Positions 19,482-21,826 of a stretch of DNA of 21,826 bases are shown here, piece by piece. Made by a program: the position numbers and the translations under genes. The first letter of the stretch is position 1. The number at the start of each line of letters is the position of its first letter. Under the pieces are notes generated by a model. That model saw nothing but the letters and a program-made list of their open reading frames with translations, was not told the DNA's origin and did not search any database. Source of the stretch: an uncultured bacterium (GTDB taxonomy: Bacteria > Lernaellota > Lernaellaia > Lernaellales > Lernaellaceae); assembly GCA_964534375.1 (NCBI GenBank), contig CAZHPN010000095.1:1-21826 (forward strand), in the 5' to 3' direction.

Positions 19482-20318
19482 TCAGCGGTCGTCCATGCCG
19501 TAGGCGCGGGCCTTCTGGCGGATGATCATTTCGTCAAGCCATTCCGGCCGGCTCTTGATTTTCATCGCGTCGTCGAAATAGTCGATCGCCTTGCTGAACT
19601 TGCCGTTGCGGCGGTAGAGGTCGCCGATCAGATATTTGAGCTGCGGCAGTTGGTCCATGCCGAATTGGGCTTTCTCGCCGGCCTCCTCCAAATATTCTAT
19701 CGCCAGCTTGCGCAGTTCCTGCTCCCGATCGCGTTCGCCGCCGCTGATCGCCAACCCGCGCATGGTGTATGTCGCGCGCAAGTAGGCGTTGCCGATGTCT
19801 TTGGCCGGCATGCCGCGCCAAATGTAGATCTGCGCGAGGATCGCGTAGCGATCCCACGGCTCGAGCCGCCCCAGTTCGAACATCTGCGGCAGCTTCTTCT
19901 TGATCTTTTCCACCACCTTCGCGGGCAACGGCGCTTTGAGGTAGGGGGCGAAATCGTCTAGGTAGCCGGTGTAGCCGGTGCGTGGATCGGTGGCGATCAA
20001 TTTCTGATAGTACGATTCCGAAGCGTTGAGATACGCAAAATCGGTGTCGACGCCCGCCGTTACGAAGGCCGTGATCCGCCAGCCCTGGACCGGGCCGCCG
20101 TCGATCGGGCTGAGCAATTCCACTTTCTCGGCGAGCGGCTTCGCGGCCGGCGCGACCTGATCGGCGCCGATCCCGGGCGCGCCGGCCGGCGCCGGCGACG
20201 ACTCGGGCGCCGGCGAAGCGTCCACCGGCTGGGGCGACGACTCCGCCGCCCAGGCGAATCCGGCCGCAACCATCAACGTAGATACGACGATCCCGATCCA
20301 GCGAACGACCGTGAGCAT
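19482..20318 (-). CDS. Exported DUF2225-like protein with C-terminal TPR-like helices
   Basis: ATG 20318 after GAGGTG RBS, signal peptide ending AWA, Pro/Ala linker. VDTDF, YLRATYTMR, AIEYLEEA and YLIGDLYRRNGKFSKAIDYF follow the DUF2225 pattern as I recall it. Confidence 0.75.
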   Translation of the reverse strand: MLTVVRWIGIVVSTLMVAAGFAWAAESSPQPVDASPAPESSPAPAGAPGIGADQVAPAAKPLAEKVELLSPIDGGPVQGWRITAFVTAGVDTDFAYLNASESYYQKLIATDPRTGYTGYLDDFAPYLKAPLPAKVVEKIKKKLPQMFELGRLEPWDRYAILAQIYIWRGMPAKDIGNAYLRATYTMRGLAISGGERDREQELRKLAIEYLEEAGEKAQFGMDQLPQLKYLIGDLYRRNGKFSKAIDYFDDAMKIKSRPEWLDEMIIRQKARAYGMDDR

Positions 20319-20364
20319 CTTCACCTCTATCTTTGGCGCACCCTTCGTCTTCATCGCCGCCCAT

Positions 20365-20455
20365 TGTTCACTGTTCATTGCTCACTGTCCACTGCTGACT
20401 TCTCACTGCTCACTGTTCATTGTTCAATGTTCACTTTTCGTTGTTCATTGTTCAC
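20365..20455 (+). repeat. Heptamer tandem repeat (TGTTCAY)x13
   Basis: 13 in-register degenerate units (tgttcac tgttcat tgctcac tgtccac ...). The last two overlap the final codons and stop of the CNNM gene. Confidence 0.95.
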
Positions 20456-21485
20456 TGTCCTTCAGTCGCTCGGCCGCGCGTTCGCGCGCGTACTGGCGCA
20501 GGTCGGGATGCGGATCGAGTTCGCCCACGATTTTTTCGCCGAGCATCGTTTCGATGACATCTTCGAGCGTGACTGCGCCCATCGTGCCGCCGTATTCGTC
20601 GACGACGATCGCGAGGTGCGATTTGCGCTCGGTGAAAAAATGCAGCAGTTGGTGGCCGCGCATGGTGGCTGGCACGAAAAGCGCCGGCTGCTGCAGGTCG
20701 GCGATTTTCAGTTCGCGCCGCCCTTCGACGAAGGCGTTGACGATGCGCCGGCGCATGACGATGCCGGTGATGTGGTCGGGCCCTTCCTCGGTGACGACGG
20801 GGATGCGGCTGAAATTCAGGGTCTGCAACTCGGCCGCCATGTCGCCGACCACGCGGTCGCCGCGCAACGTGAAGAGCACCGGCCGCGGCGTCATGATCTC
20901 GCGTGCGGTCACGTTGTTGAGCCGCAGCACGTGGCGAATCCAATGCTCTTCCTGCGGCAGGATCGTCCCGCCGCGCACGCCGAGCCCCGCCAGCGCGACG
21001 ATTTCTTCCTCGCTGGGTCCGCCGCCCGTGCGCCGCGATTTCAGGACGCTCGCGAGCAGATCGCCCATCCAGACCACGGGCGATAGCACCCACACCAGCG
21101 CCTGGATCGGCCAGGCCAGCCACGGCGCGAGGACGCGGCTGTGCGTCACGCCCAGCGATTTGGGGACGATCTCCGCGAACAACAGCAGCAACAGCGTCAA
21201 CGCCAGCGAAAACGGCGCGATGTAGCTGCGGTGAAACGCCTGGCCGACCAGATCGCCGGCCAGCGCGGCGCCCATCGTCGTGGCGAGGGTGTTGAGCGTC
21301 ACGATGGCGGTGATCGGCCGTTCGATCCGCTCGCGCAGCAGCGACAAGCGCGCGCCGCGCCGCGAACCGCGCAGCTTCAGCGCCTCGATGTGCGTGATCG
21401 GCGCGGCGTACAACGACGCCTCGCTGAGCGAGCAGAAAAAGGAAACAACCATCATGAGGGCGACGATAAAAAATATGGCGGTCAT
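20445..21485 (-). CDS. CNNM (DUF21) + CBS-pair protein (CorB/hemolysin-like metal homeostasis family)
   Basis: SFFCSLSEASL, LLFAEIVPKSLG, AREIMTPR, FSRIPV, HLAIVVDEYGGTMGAVTLEDVIETMLGEKI. No C-terminal CorC domain. Confidence 0.93.
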   Translation of the reverse strand: MTAIFFIVALMMVVSFFCSLSEASLYAAPITHIEALKLRGSRRGARLSLLRERIERPITAIVTLNTLATTMGAALAGDLVGQAFHRSYIAPFSLALTLLLLLFAEIVPKSLGVTHSRVLAPWLAWPIQALVWVLSPVVWMGDLLASVLKSRRTGGGPSEEEIVALAGLGVRGGTILPQEEHWIRHVLRLNNVTAREIMTPRPVLFTLRGDRVVGDMAAELQTLNFSRIPVVTEEGPDHITGIVMRRRIVNAFVEGRRELKIADLQQPALFVPATMRGHQLLHFFTERKSHLAIVVDEYGGTMGAVTLEDVIETMLGEKIVGELDPHPDLRQYARERAAERLKDSEQ

Positions 21486-21493
21486 GGGCGACT

Positions 21494-21540
21494 CTCTATA
21501 CTAACGGCCATTGGTTTCTTGCTGTTGCGCAAAGATCTTA
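21494..21540 (-). repeat. Dispersed AT-rich repeat, inverted copy
   Basis: Reverse complement TAAGATCTTTGCGCAACAGCAAGAAACCAATGGCCGTTAGTATAGAG aligns ungapped with positions 5-51 at 33/47. Confidence 0.5.
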
Positions 21541-21612
21541 CGGGGCATAAGCGCTAACTTAAACTGCGTGAACGTTCGAAACGGTTCGAATTGCAGCATG
21601 TTTTTCGCGCAG

Positions 21613-21676
21613 ACCTCTCCCCGGCCAATCACGCGAACGCGTGATCGGCCCGCCCCTCCCCGACACAGGGAGGGGC
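21613..21676. repeat. Double-hairpin REP-like element
   Basis: ACCTCTCCCC, then GGCC-A-ATCACGC[GAAC]GCGTGAT-C-GGCC (21623-21650), then GCCCCTCCC[CGACACA]GGGAGGGGC (21652-21676). Confidence 0.75.
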
Positions 21677-21826
21677 ATTCGGGCGGCGCACTGGCAGGCA
21701 AAGAGACGTTGAAGAGAAAGGACCTCGTGTGTTGCTTCATCATTGCGAAGGCGAACTCGCTGGCCGTGCAGCCCCTCTGTGCCAACGTGAATGAGACACC
21801 TTCCCCCCGGGAAAACAGGGTAGAAT

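Noticed and set aside
20365..20455. Tandem arrays as CRISPR
   Set aside because: Units are 7-9 nt with no unique spacers, and there are no cas genes.
21501..21785. 94-aa minus-strand ORF
   Set aside because: No motif or RBS, and it runs through the palindromes and the dispersed repeat.

Overview
High-GC bacterial chromosomal window of about 20 genes, with no rRNA, tRNA, CRISPR array or intact transposase. Left to right: a minus-strand glyoxylate-shunt operon (malate synthase A-type aceB, a short KRCGH-type isocitrate lyase resembling the haloarchaeal enzyme, and an aldo/keto reductase); a membrane protein coupled to an alpha/beta hydrolase; a decayed MNT-HEPN toxin-antitoxin pair; an rmlC-like cupin, secA and an orphan GAF histidine kinase; a GT-C-like membrane glycosyltransferase split at a T9 run; a CD225/dispanin + DUF2752 pair; a putative outer-membrane protein; a HEAT-like lipoprotein; a second large GT-C/TPR-like membrane protein; an exported Cys-free DUF2225-like protein; and a CNNM/CBS (CorB-like) protein. 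Many intergenic gaps carry a short palindrome or a 7-9-nt tandem repeat, and a degenerate ~47-nt AT-rich motif sits in inverted orientation at both ends of the window, with a partial third copy inside. The most notable leads are an apparent duplication of the SecA helical wing domain, the haloarchaeal-like isocitrate lyase, the possibly phase-variable glycosyltransferase with a coupled leader ORF, and the DUF2225 homolog lacking its zinc-binding Cys. All family assignments come from motif recognition by eye, not database searches. I found no complete novel multi-gene system that the sequence alone can establish.
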